Both the position numbers and the translations under genes were made by a program. Below, in pieces: positions 25,640 through 37,037 of a stretch of DNA of 64,000 nucleotides. Positions within the stretch are counted from its first letter, which is position 1. The number at the start of each line of letters is the position of its first letter. The stretch comes from Eledone cirrhosa (taxonomy: Eukaryota): NCBI GenBank assembly GCA_964016885.1, contig OZ024746.1:84444001-84508000 (forward strand). Reading direction: 5' to 3'. The notes under the pieces were generated by a model that was not told the DNA's origin, ran no database searches, and saw only the letters and a list, made by a program, of their open reading frames with translations.

Positions 25640-27150
25640 TCCAGTAAGACATCCTCTCTAGTGTTGGTGGCACGAATAAAAGCACCCAGTCCATGCTGTA
25701 AAGTGGCACTGGTGTTAGGAAGGGCATCCAACCAGTGTATCAATGCCAAAACAATTATGAGCACAGCAACAAATATATATCGCAATAGCTGCATAAACAG
25801 CAATAACACTAACCATGTTAGGGCTGCGCACGGTAGTGGGGTGGCTGGTGCGGTCATGTGCGAGAACCCTCCGACCGTCTTCAAGCAATCGCACTACAGG
25901 AAAAGGAACAAAAATATGAAGACGTTGCATCTCAGAGTTGCAACACTTAATGTTGGCACTCTCATAGGTAGATCTGGTGAAATAGTGGAGATGCTGGAGA
26001 GAAGGCATGTGGATGTGTGCTGCGTGCAAGAGGTGAGATGGAGAGGTGCCTCTGCGAGATTAATCACAGGCAAACATCTTAGAAGCTTTTCTGGGTAGGT
26101 AAGGATGATGGGTTAGGTGGAGTAGGCATTTTCCTGGCCGAGAGATGGATCAATAAGACAATAGAGGTAGTTTGAGTTAATAATAGAATAATTAAGCTTA
26201 GATTAGTTGTAGGCGGAGGCTACTGACAATCATCTCTGCCTATGCTCTCCAAGCAGGCCTAGGTAAAGAAAAGAAAGACTGCTTTTACGAGCAACTTTGA
26301 CAAACAGCCGCAACGACAGAGGACGGAGACATGGTTACGGCTCAAGAAATGAGGAAGGAGTGAGACTTCTTGAATTTTGTGATGCAAGTACACTAACCAT
26401 TTACAACACCAACTTCCAGAAACCTGCCAACCACCTAATAACCTACAAATCAGGCGAGCACATAAGCCAGATTGACTTCTTACTAATTAGGCAGCGCGAC
26501 AGGCAGATGGTGTCAAATACCAAGGCATACCTTGGGGAAGAATGTACCCCACAGCATAGGTTAGTCGTTAGTGATATCTCAGTAAGCAAGAGACAGAATG
26601 AGACATACAGGAAGGTGTGGAGAAGAAGGGTCTGGAAGCTAAAAGACCTTTCACTAAAATACAAATTTAGGAAAGCCCTTCAAGATGTGTATGACGAAAA
26701 AAGAAGACGATTTAGAGTCGTATGACATAGCTGATAACTGGAATTTCTTACGTGACAACTTACTGCAGGCTACTGATGAAACTTGTGGCTGGAACAGAGC
26801 TCCAACCAGACAGAGAGTGACCTGGTGGTGGAACAGCACAGTAGATAGGGCCATTAGAGACAAAAGACTAGCTTGGAAAAAGGGTGGGAGTAGGGAAGGA
26901 TATACAGCTGCTAAGAGAGAAGCTAGATGTCAGGTGTATTTAGCACGCAGGGAGGCTGAGAGTAGGAGGCTTGCCAATGTTCTGTGACGGGAAGATCAGA
27001 GACGTGCAGTGTTCCACATTGCAAGGCAGTGTGTCAATGCAAATCAGGATGTTGTTGGAGATAAATGTGTCCGGAATGATGCCGGTGTACTTAGTGTCAT
27101 GAATGATCAGAAAAAGGAGGCCTGGAAATGTGGAGAATGTGGATGAATGT
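25640..27150 (+). mobile_element. RTE LINE 5' part: AP-endonuclease domain and linker, degraded
   Basis: LRVATLNVGTL...VDVCCVQEVRWRG, GVGI, ISAYA, GYGSRNEEG, ITYKSG..SQIDF, PQHRLVV and TWWWN. The linker is homologous to 52700-53130. Confidence 0.92.
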
Positions 27151-27179
27151 GGAGAACGAATGGAGTTTAGTGAGGAATT

Positions 27180-27525
27180 CCAGGAATAAGCATAACTGTA
27201 TGGTTCCGTAACTCCCGACAGTCGTAGGGGTGCCATACATCAATACAGCGTTTCTTTGGCATTTTAAGCTTGGCGGAGCTCATCCCTCTCCAGGCCTGAC
27301 TCCAGCAGATTTCTTCCAGAGAAAGATAGAAAGTGAGAGAGATGAAATGAGAAAGAGATATAGAGGAAGAATCAACCCCAGTACTAGACTGATACTTTTT
27401 TTATCGACCTCGAAAAGATGAGATGCAAAGTTGACCTCAACGGGATTTGAACTCCGAGAGCAAAGAACCGGAATGAATACCATAAAGCATTCTATCCAAC
27501 ATTCTAACAACTCTGCCAATTCGCT
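27180..27525 (-). mobile_element. tRNA-derived SINE, same subfamily as 47695-48025; truncates the 25.6-27.1 kb RTE
   Basis: Reverse-complement match to 47695-48025. Confidence 0.85.
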
Positions 27526-29199
27526 GCTGCATAATTACTATAAATTTTAAACTTATTTTCATCTTAGCAAGCATCGAAGATGAGTTAGCCAATGGTTAAA
27601 GGAACAAAAACGGTGCCGTTAGTGTTCTCGCTTGGTTGCTAAGATAGTGGTGAATTAATGACTGCTTCTAAAATTCATAGCAAGGCTACAAAAATGTTTA
27701 TTTCATGAACATTTTGTCTATGATTCAACCTCAGTCATTTCTTGTTTGTTTGAAATAGATAGACTTGACCATGCAAATGGACATTTCCAGCTGATGTTTC
27801 TATTTGCTATATGTAACTGAGCATCACCAGCAAATGTTCATTATGCAAAGTTTATCAGTACTGGTTGAGTGAATGTCACTGATGAGAGATTAAGAAATCT
27901 TGAAACAGCAATATTTGACATTCTTGACAGCTACTGACATTTTCTTACGTGTTCACAAAACAAAAAGCAAGAAAAAATTATTTTGTAATGAAAATTTTTT
28001 TTCTTTGATAGCGAGGCACCCATGTTTATTGTATATAAACATATAGTATATGCTTTCATACACACATACATATGAATTAGGATGGATTCAGTTTGAAACT
28101 GGTTAGACCATTACTCAACAGAGTACTTGATACTTGGGATAGTAGAGTATGGTTATATTACGAGTTGGGACCCCGACGGCTGAGTTCAACAGCTGGTTCC
28201 AGACACGAGTCTGGAACTAGCTGTTGAAACGGCAATAGCTCAGCCGCCGCGGTTCCGACTCTTTACAATATAAATATGGGGGGGGGGGGGGCTTCTGTAT
28301 AGTTTCCGACTGACAAATTTCATCGCATGGCATTGGTTTACACGAGTCTGTAGTAGAAGACACTTGTTCAAGATGTCATTCAATGGGTCTCAACCCATCC
28401 TTTACGTTAGTGTTATAAATCTTGTCACTCACTACTAGACTTTACGTTATCGATCACTGGGATATCAGCCCCTTTGCACTTTCCTCAGCTTTAATAATTT
28501 CCGACATCTAGGTGAAATGAATGTTATATACACGGAAACACAAACCAGGCGTCCCTGTATCTCTACACACACTTAACATTCAGATAGATAGAGAGAAGAA
28601 AAAAAAACTTTTTACTTGTTTAATGGGGGTAATTCGTTTTACCAGTATCTACTGCGCCAGACACTATGCTTTACGGCACAGAGTTACGGCCCCTTAAGTT
28701 CTGAGTTCAAATCCCGCCGAGGTTAGCTTTGTCTTTCATCATTACAGGGTCGATAAAATAAAGTACCAGTAATCCACTGATCGATTTAATCAACTTTCCC
28801 CCTCCCTCAAAATTGCTGGCCTTCTGCCTATATAAGAAACCATTATTATACAAACGGTTAGGGCGTTGGATTGGCAGTCGGGCAAATGCTTAGCAGTATT
28901 TGTTTCGTTTTTGTTTTTATGTTCTGAGTTCAAATCCACCCGAGGCCGACTTTACCTTTCATCTTTCTGGGGTACCAGTAAAATACTGGAGTCGATCTAG
29001 TCTCATTTTCCCAAATTGCTAGCCTTGTGCCTAAATTAGACATTATTATATAAGCTGTTATTTAATCGACAGCCAGGTGGTGAACAGAAGGCAAAATCGA
29101 CTTTGGTGGGATTTGAAATTATAACTTTGAAGGGCGAAGTTAAATACGATTAACACATTTGAATTCTTTTAGTCAGTCGTTCTATTGTTTCTGTCAACA

Positions 29200-29800
29200 C
29201 CAGCCATCGTCATCCTAATGTATATATTACCTGTTCTATTGATATTGTTCTTAACTACGGAGAAAACAATATCCATCAATGTCGTCGTAAACAACGGTCT
29301 GTGTTTTCTGACACTATTATGTGTGGTGTTCTAGCTGATGCTATTCTCTTCAGCCGATTGAATGGGACGGACATCTAAATTTGGTGAGTCGATCCCGATT
29401 AAAGTTGTTACCGTTATACACATATGACTACAACCACAAGGAGAGAGGAGAACCGTGAGAGTGAAAGAGAGGGAGACAGACAGTGACACACATATACATA
29501 TATATATATGTACATACACACCGGATTTTTTTTTTACATTGCCGCTATAATAACACAGGCAAGTTTACTTTTCCATTTTGGCTTAAGTCGTGGCATAATT
29601 ATATTTAGTAATTTAGTTTATGCAATCGATGTTGAAAGCATTTTAGTGTGATGTGTGTATGTGTGTGTATATGTGTGTGCGCGCTGTGGTTTAAAGTAAT
29701 TACGTATACACTACCGTCGCATGGCAGGAGTATGGTACTGTATATGGTGAAACTATCCTAGCGCAGATGTAAGTTGTACTCGCCACGTTTTTTTATTTAT
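29200..29800. promoter_or_regulatory. Candidate TDP1 promoter and first exon (+ strand donor GAT|GTAAGT at 29768/9), with a possible divergent exon (- strand donor at 29231/29230)
   Basis: Locally CpG-retaining, non-repeat sequence 3.6 kb upstream of the first large TDP1 exon, with consensus donors on both strands pointing away from each other. Confidence 0.45.
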
Positions 29801-29997
29801 TTCTTTTATTGTATATATAATTCGACATTTATATACCTTTGGTCTAGCTTGCTTGCAGTTAAAAATAATTATTTCTTTTTAATGAGGCGAGGTCATCTAT
29901 ATACTAGGTTTACGATCACTATGCACAGGCATTGTCTTTTAAATACATACGTAGTGATCATATACGTACATACGATACAAATTGAATATCCCTTCTG

Positions 29998-30041
<44 letters not shown>

Positions 30042-31689
30042 GTATGTATGTATAACAATTGTTTTTATTTGAGGTTCTTTTACGGCATCCAGGGAAACAA
30101 AAGCACGTTTCCCACCACCTGTGTTTTGTGCGTGTTGGAAATTTATCTGTTGTTTGAAACATTCTTCTAAGATAGTATCTTTTCGCTATATGAACACACA
30201 TACACACACACACACTGGTCGAGGCTTCTACATGGCCCCTCCCTTGAGGTGCTAGAAAGAGAAGCCAATCTCCCTCAAATCACACTCCACCGTATTAAAG
30301 AAAGGGAAGAGAGTGGATAATCTAGTTTTTGATAGATAAAATGACGGGATGGCTACAGCTGGAACGCTTTTGGTCGTAAGTCTGCTCGATTAGGGCTGAC
30401 TTGGGTCTAAACAAGTGTGTATGTGTGTGTGTGAATATATTATTAGTAAAAAGGAAAACGAAAGTTTGAACATTTCATTGTAAGGTCAATATACTTTCGT
30501 AAAATCAACTTATTTGGTCTCTCACTCTCATTCTTTCCCTCTTATATACACCCACGTCACATAACGTGCCGAAACTAAACAGCTGTTTTTTCTCTTTTCT
30601 GGCAATCGCATTATTTATTATTTTGTTCTCTCATTTCTTTGCTCCTGCACATGCATGCCTGCTTGCATATCTCTATGGTTGACTTGGTTTTATCGTTTAA
30701 GTTATGGAAATACGGTTTTTGACACGAGCGTTTGTCTGTTCGTTGGACCTCACTCCTATACATAGACACATGCACACATGTAATTGCGATGTTGCATTTT
30801 TCTCTCGGCTACATGTCTTTTAAAACCTACATGCGCACATATATTTAATCATGTGCACGCGCGTGCCCCTGTGTGTGTGTGCGATAAATAAAATTCATTT
30901 GTTTTAGTTTTTATTTATTGGACACATGCTTAACAGTATTTGTTCCTGCTCTTTACGTTTCGAGTTCAAATCCCACCGAGGTCAATATTGTCTCTGAACC
31001 TCCCGAGGCCAATAAAATAAAGTACCAGTCAAGTACTGAGGTTGATATAATCAACTTTTCTCTCCCCATAAAATTGTTGGCCTTGTACCTAAATTAAAAA
31101 TCATGAACACACACACACACAACACACATACACACACACACAGAGTTTTACCATTATCTTTGTTGCCTAACTCCCTGGTATACCTTTTATGATCAACAGC
31201 GTGATTATCCCGTCTTTTATTTTCTGGCCGTGTGCACCCCAAACCATAGTATGCAATCTGCCCTCACCCATTTTATAACCGTAACTGTAAGACGTTGTGG
31301 GCAGGTTGAAGGACCATGTACAGGGTGTTTTTATGCTTACTATCTAGTTGTGTTGTTTGGGGAACGTACTGGACGTTTTCTTTGGTATATATATATATCT
31401 ATATCTATATATCTATATATATATATATATATATAACATTGATAAAGAAGACCACAAACGGTTAATTATATTTACAGTAATAAATCTTGTATTTTGAGCT
31501 GTAATATAACTTCTTCACCTACCCTTTTCTGTTTTCTTATTCGAAAACCTTTTATTCTAAATTATAATATATATATATATGTGTGTGTGTCGATCCCGAG
31601 TGATATCGGGGGTAACCACAGTAAATAAGGTACTCAATACATATTAAATTTTTCTCTCTCTCTCTCTCAGACAAGCTGGGGCTTCGCAT

Positions 31690-33010
31690 CTCGCTTACAT
31701 ATGGTTCCATGTTCTACCATGTATATTTTATTGTGGCACCAGCACTAGAGAGGTTGTCATGTCCTGGACACAACTGAAGAGTCCCCCAAACCACTTCTTT
31801 GGCAAGCTTTCTATGGCAGGATGCCCTTCCTCTCACCAACCATTTTACAATGTGTACTGGGTGGATTTTATTGTGTAGATTACCTACACTAGAGAGGTTG
31901 TCATGTCCTTGACACAACTGAAGGGTCCTCTGAACCCTTTGTTTGGCAAACTTTTTATGACTGGATACCCTTCCCATCACCAACCATTTTACAGTATTTA
32001 TTGGGTGTGTTTATTATGTAGATTACACTAGAGAGGTTGTTGTGTCATTGACACAACTGAGGGCTCCTCTCAACCCTTTTAGGCATGGTTTCTACTCCAG
32101 GGTGCCCTTCCTGTGACCAACAACCTGGGTGCATTTTCGTGGCATTGTCAGTAGAGAGGTTGTTGGCCATAATCCCAACTAAAGAGCCCTCTATGTGGAG
32201 GGTTAGAGGTTGAGATAGGCATGAATTTATATGCGTATGTAGTGATTTGGCAGGACGATGAGTAAGGGAGGACTGATAGTATATGGGTACCGAATGGGGC
32301 ATGAGTGGTGGTGAGGATAGCTACTATTAGTGGAAGGGTGAAACACATGGATCGGTCAAGTAATTTTGTATGATTTGTGGCTGGGTCTTTATAATCACAG
32401 CCCTCTCAATCCTTTGTCATCTCAGTTGTGAGGATTAGTTTTTTAAGGTCGGTCTTCACTACCTCATACCAAGTCTTTCTGGGTCTGCCTCTTCCATAAG
32501 CCTGGGATTTCTCTGCATTTCTTTATGCAGCTGTTATCTTCCATACACATCACATGTCCATACCAATGCAGTCTTCTCTCTTGCACACTACATCCAATTC
32601 CTCTTACACCGAGTTTTTCTCTCAGTTCATTTATGCTACGTCATTGATGCACACTAACATTACACATCAATTGGCGCATACTTGCTTCAGTTCTTTCCAG
32701 CCTTTGCAGGTTGTCTGCAGTTAAGGTCCATGTTTCCTTGTCATGAAGCATTGCAGTTTGCATGCAGGTCTCATACAGTCGACCATTCCCTCTGAAAGAG
32801 AAGTCCTTTGTTGTCAGCAGATGTATCAGCTCTCTAAACTTCTTCCAGTTTGTTCTGATTCTGGCTATCACACTTTCAGTGCATCCTCCCCCACTGTTAA
32901 TTAGATTGCCTTGGTAACAAAAGCTTTCAACAACTTCTGAGGTACTTCTCTGGCTACAAGCTATTTTACATGTGTTGTTAGTGCTTACTTCTGTGCATTT
33001 GCTACATACA
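31690..33010 (-). mobile_element. RTE LINE 3' fragment whose downstream region holds 3-4 tandem ~140-bp modules (31690-32165)
   Basis: WKKFRELIHLL...MLHDKETW and RRLHWYGHV. Repeated cactagagaggttgtcatgtcc units near 31743, 31887 and 32026. Confidence 0.8.
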
Positions 33011-33353
33011 AAGACATGACAACCTCTCTAGTGCTGGGGCCATGATAAAATGCACTTGGTAGAACATGGAATCGTAAGTAAGATGCAAACCCCTGGCCTC
33101 TCTGGGAGGTCAGTAGCCCCACTTCAGTACTGACACGGTTTGTGAAAGCCCGTCTAATCCTTGCTACGATGGGGGAAAGTGGATGTTAAACAATGATAAT
33201 GAAGATACACACTCACACATAAATATACAAGTATATGTACTTTTCCTTTTTTTTTTTACGGCTCCAGTCATGTCATACTGGGCTACTGTCATCCCATATA
33301 TGTCTACTATTTTTTTTATTACAATATTTATATAGTGTTATGTTTCTTTTCAG

Positions 33354-34169
33354 CAGTCACGATTGCACTCAGATTTTGAGTTGACTCTGCTTAATAAAGC
33401 TGTGCACTCTTTATCTGAATCAGATGTAACTGAAGAACCAGATTCTCTCCAAGATTCTGATGAGACAGTTGATCCAGATTGTTTAGCATATAACAGTTCT
33501 CAGGACCTCTTTTCCGACTATTCCAATACCTCTTTTGACAGGACAGACATTGCAGTCACACCTTGTCTGTCTACAGATCACTTAGAAATAATGTCTTCAA
33601 AGAAATCCAGACAAGAAACACATGTAATTTCTGAAAGTGATTCTGACTCAGAATCTGAACAAAAGTCTAGAACTGAATATAATTCCAAACACCGCGTTCA
33701 GAAGTCATCTAGTTCTTTTGGGAAAGTCGATTCCAAAAAACCTCATAGTCCCTGCCGTGAGAATGGCTCTCGGTCTTCTTCACATGAATCCAATTCCAAA
33801 CATAGAAATAATAAAACACATCACTCCACTCAACATGGTTCTTCTTCCTCTTCTAAGAACAGTTCTAGCTCTTCTAAAAAATCTCACAAACTTGATAAAT
33901 CAGCTGTTAATGGATCAGAATTATTTTCAAATCCAGTAAGTTTGGTTCATCATTCATCTTCTGTGACTAGCTTATCATCAACTTCAAAGAAGGCATCACA
34001 TCATTCTTCTACCCCTAAGACAACAACATCCCATACAGAGAAGGCTACTGATCAAAATCATACTTCATCTTCTTTGAACTCTAAAATGCATGATATTTTT
34101 GGGAGCGACTCTGATGATGATTTTGATGTAAATCACAGTTCCAAGGTTAGCGAGAAAGAAAGCAGCAGC

Positions 34170-34203
<34 letters not shown>

Positions 34204-34602
34204 GTAGCGATGAAAGTAGTAACTCTCCAATTACAAACAGCCATAGTCCTGTGACGCTTTCATCGTCAACTCATCATAAAATGTCATCATCATCTTCACA
34301 TTCATCCTCTTCATCTTCATCATCAGATTCCTCTGATGATGCCAGCGACTCTGACGTTGATAAATATTCATCAAAATCTAAAATCAAAAGTTCTGATATT
34401 TCACACAAACCTTCCAAAACAGACTCTTCTTCAACAACAAAATCAACAACTAAAACTGCCTTAGAAAAATCAGTGCCATCATCTGAAGACAGTGAAACTG
34501 CGAAGAGGAAACGGCCCGTAACACCAGATATACTTATTTGTAAGTTTGGAACTGCATGTACAAGAAAAAATCCTCAACATTGGGAAGAGTTTGAGCACCA
34601 TG
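33354..34602 (+). CDS. TDP1: TDP1 large N-terminal coding exon: Ser/Asp/His-rich disordered region ending in a PBZ (zf-CCHH) zinc finger
   Basis: Acceptor tgtttcttttCAG at 33351-33353. The frame is open throughout (ORF 33363..34658), with the first in-frame ATG at 33591 (MSSKKSRQ). It ends CKFGTACTRKNPQHWEEFEHH (C-x5-C-x6-H-x5-H). The phase-1 donor G|GTAATT at 34602/3 is compatible with the next exon. The 5' boundary is uncertain because of a possible alternative acceptor at 33576. Confidence 0.8.
34161..34208 (+). repeat. (AGC/AGT)16 coding trinucleotide repeat encoding poly-Ser in the TDP1 N-terminus
   Basis: agcagcagc... in frame with ORF 33363..34658. Confidence 0.9.
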
Positions 34603-35110
34603 GTAATTATATATTTATTTTTTCTTCTTATCCCCCACCCCGCTCCTTTATTCAATGATCATAAACAAATTTCTGTGGTGTGGTAGAGCAGTGGTCCACT
34701 TTCTTTTTTCAAAAGGTGGTACACAAAATTCGTAAAGAAGAAAGACTTCATGAATCACCAAAAATAAAATTATTTTAAAATGTATTATGCAACACATATA
34801 GACCAACAAAACTTTAGTATGGAAAATGAGAGAGAGAGAGAGAGCTGGTGGTGTTGTGTGTGTATGTAGATATTTTAACTAACAAATCATTTATCGCTCT
34901 ACATGGATGAATACAATGAATATAATCTGAGTTTTTTAATTATTAATAATAATAATTTTATTATTAATAATAATATTTTATTATTAATAATTGTTTCTAC
35001 TTTAGGCACAAGGCCAGCAAATACCCAGTGCATTACTGGTACTTTATTTTATCGACCCCGTAAGGATGAAAGGCAAAGTAAACCTCGGCGAGATAATATT
35101 CGATTTGTTT

Positions 35111-35149
<39 letters not shown>

Positions 35150-35761
35150 TCACACACACACACATATATATATGGGCCTTCCAATTTTGTTTTATATTAT
35201 ATACATGTCTGTGTATATTTTTTAATTATTTAAAAATTATTTTTAAGTGAACATGACCCAACTGGTCATGGATGGTCTAATATAACTATATTTTTCATTA
35301 TTAAGTTAGTGTTTGAAACATAATGTGTGTGTGTGTTCTCTTCACATTTGAGATTGCAGGCAGTGATATCTTTTTATATTTTGCAAAAACAGAGATTTTA
35401 CAAAGATCCATCCATACTGTAAGAAAAGCAATTGAAGGTTGGCATCTGGGCATAAAATTCTGCCTCAAAATGTCGTTTTTTCACATGCCAGCATGGTAAA
35501 ACAGATGCAAAACTGACAATGATAATGTGTGTGTGTGTTATCTTGTCTATTCCATATTAACATGGTAAAACATGCAAAACTGATGATAATGATATATATC
35601 ATTTTATATATTGTTATCAACATTTGTGATAAACAATCCAACACATACATATAGCATGATAGACCCCCCCCTCCACAAAGATATAGAGCTATACATACAT
35701 TCTATCTAGATAGAGGAGGCTGGAAAGGGATATTTAACTAGGATTCATTTGCTATTTGTAG

Positions 35762-36010
35762 AAATTGAAGAAAAGAAAAGTACTGTGAAGAAAAAAAAGG
35801 CAGTTGATGAATCTTCAAGTAGTTCATTGTCTAAAACACCAGTAGTGCCACAGCCTACAGAGAAGAAACCACAAATAATTGACAAAGCAGTAAGCCTGGA
35901 GAAGTCTATTCGAGCAACGTATCGTGAGGGTCAACCTTTCAGCTTCTTCCTTACACGTGTTAAAGGGATTAGTCCACAGTTCAATTCTTCCTTTGTCATG
36001 GGAATATCTG
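35762..36010 (+). CDS. TDP1: TDP1 coding exon (start of catalytic domain)
   Basis: tttgtAG|AAATTGAA ... TCTG|GTAGGT, phase 1-1. Encodes GQPFSFFLTRVKGISPQFNS, matching TDP1 GNPFQFYLTRVSGV. Confidence 0.93.
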
Positions 36011-36365
36011 GTAGGTTTTTTTTCTCTTCCTAATTTATGTTGTCTTTTTCATATTTTCTTTTCCTCAGCTATACCTTCTAGAAGGTCCTATCAGAAGCAA
36101 CCATCTCTCATTGATTTTGCTGGTTCCCCAAATGAGCCCATCCAAGCTCATGAATGTTATCCAAACATTTTGCTCGTGGTTTACCTGTGGGTCTCCTGCC
36201 AGCTAGTTTTTTGCCCATAAAATCTGTCCTGTGGTTCCTTCAATAGACTTAATTTATGCCTGTATTTAGTTTATCTTCTTGCTCCAAAACCATTAACCTT
36301 TTTGGTAGCAAACCATGTGTAACTGGCCATTTCTACAATATAAAACTGCTTGTTTTAAAGTGTTT

Positions 36366-37037
36366 ATCATCATCATCATTTTACATCTGCTTTTCCCTGC
36401 TTGCAAGGGTGGGACAGGTCCTATACAGCATAGCATCTCTCCACTTGTCATGGTCCTTCGTCATCTCCACCGTGGGCTTCAGTGATCTTACCACTTCCGC
36501 CCATGTTTTTCGTGGTCTTCCTTCAACTGGCATTTCTTGGCACTTCTTTACCCAGCGGTCATCCTCCATGCGCATCACATGTCCATACCATCGCAGTCTC
36601 CTCTACCGCACACTACAATTTATCCCTCTCAGACATAGTTTCTCTCTCAACACATCCATGCTCGGTCGTTCACGCACATTGACATTGCACATCCAACGGA
36701 GCATGCTTGCCTCATTTCTCTCCGGCCGTCGCGTATCCTCTGCAGTTGCTGCCCATGTCTCACTACCATGCAGCATCGTGCACCTCACACAGGCATCATA
36801 TAACCGGCCTTTCGTATGCAGTGAGACATCCTTCTTCGTCAGCAGAGGAAGCAACTCCCTAAACTTCTTCCAACCTGTCCTTATTCTAGATACTATGGCC
36901 TCGGAACACCCCCCTCCCATACTAATCTGATCACCTAGGTACCGGAAGCTATCAACCACTTCTATAGTACCCCCTGCATTTGAAAAATGTGTCTATCAAT
37001 GCGACTTCTACTGTCAAATTTCCCAGTACATCTACTG
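36366..37037 (-). mobile_element. RTE-clade LINE, 3' part (PHD-containing family), interrupted by the hAT element
   Basis: VVDSFRYLGD...GWKKFRELLPLL...MLHGSETW...WYGHVMRM, followed by a short 3' UTR and (GAT)n tail at about 36366. Confidence 0.92.
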
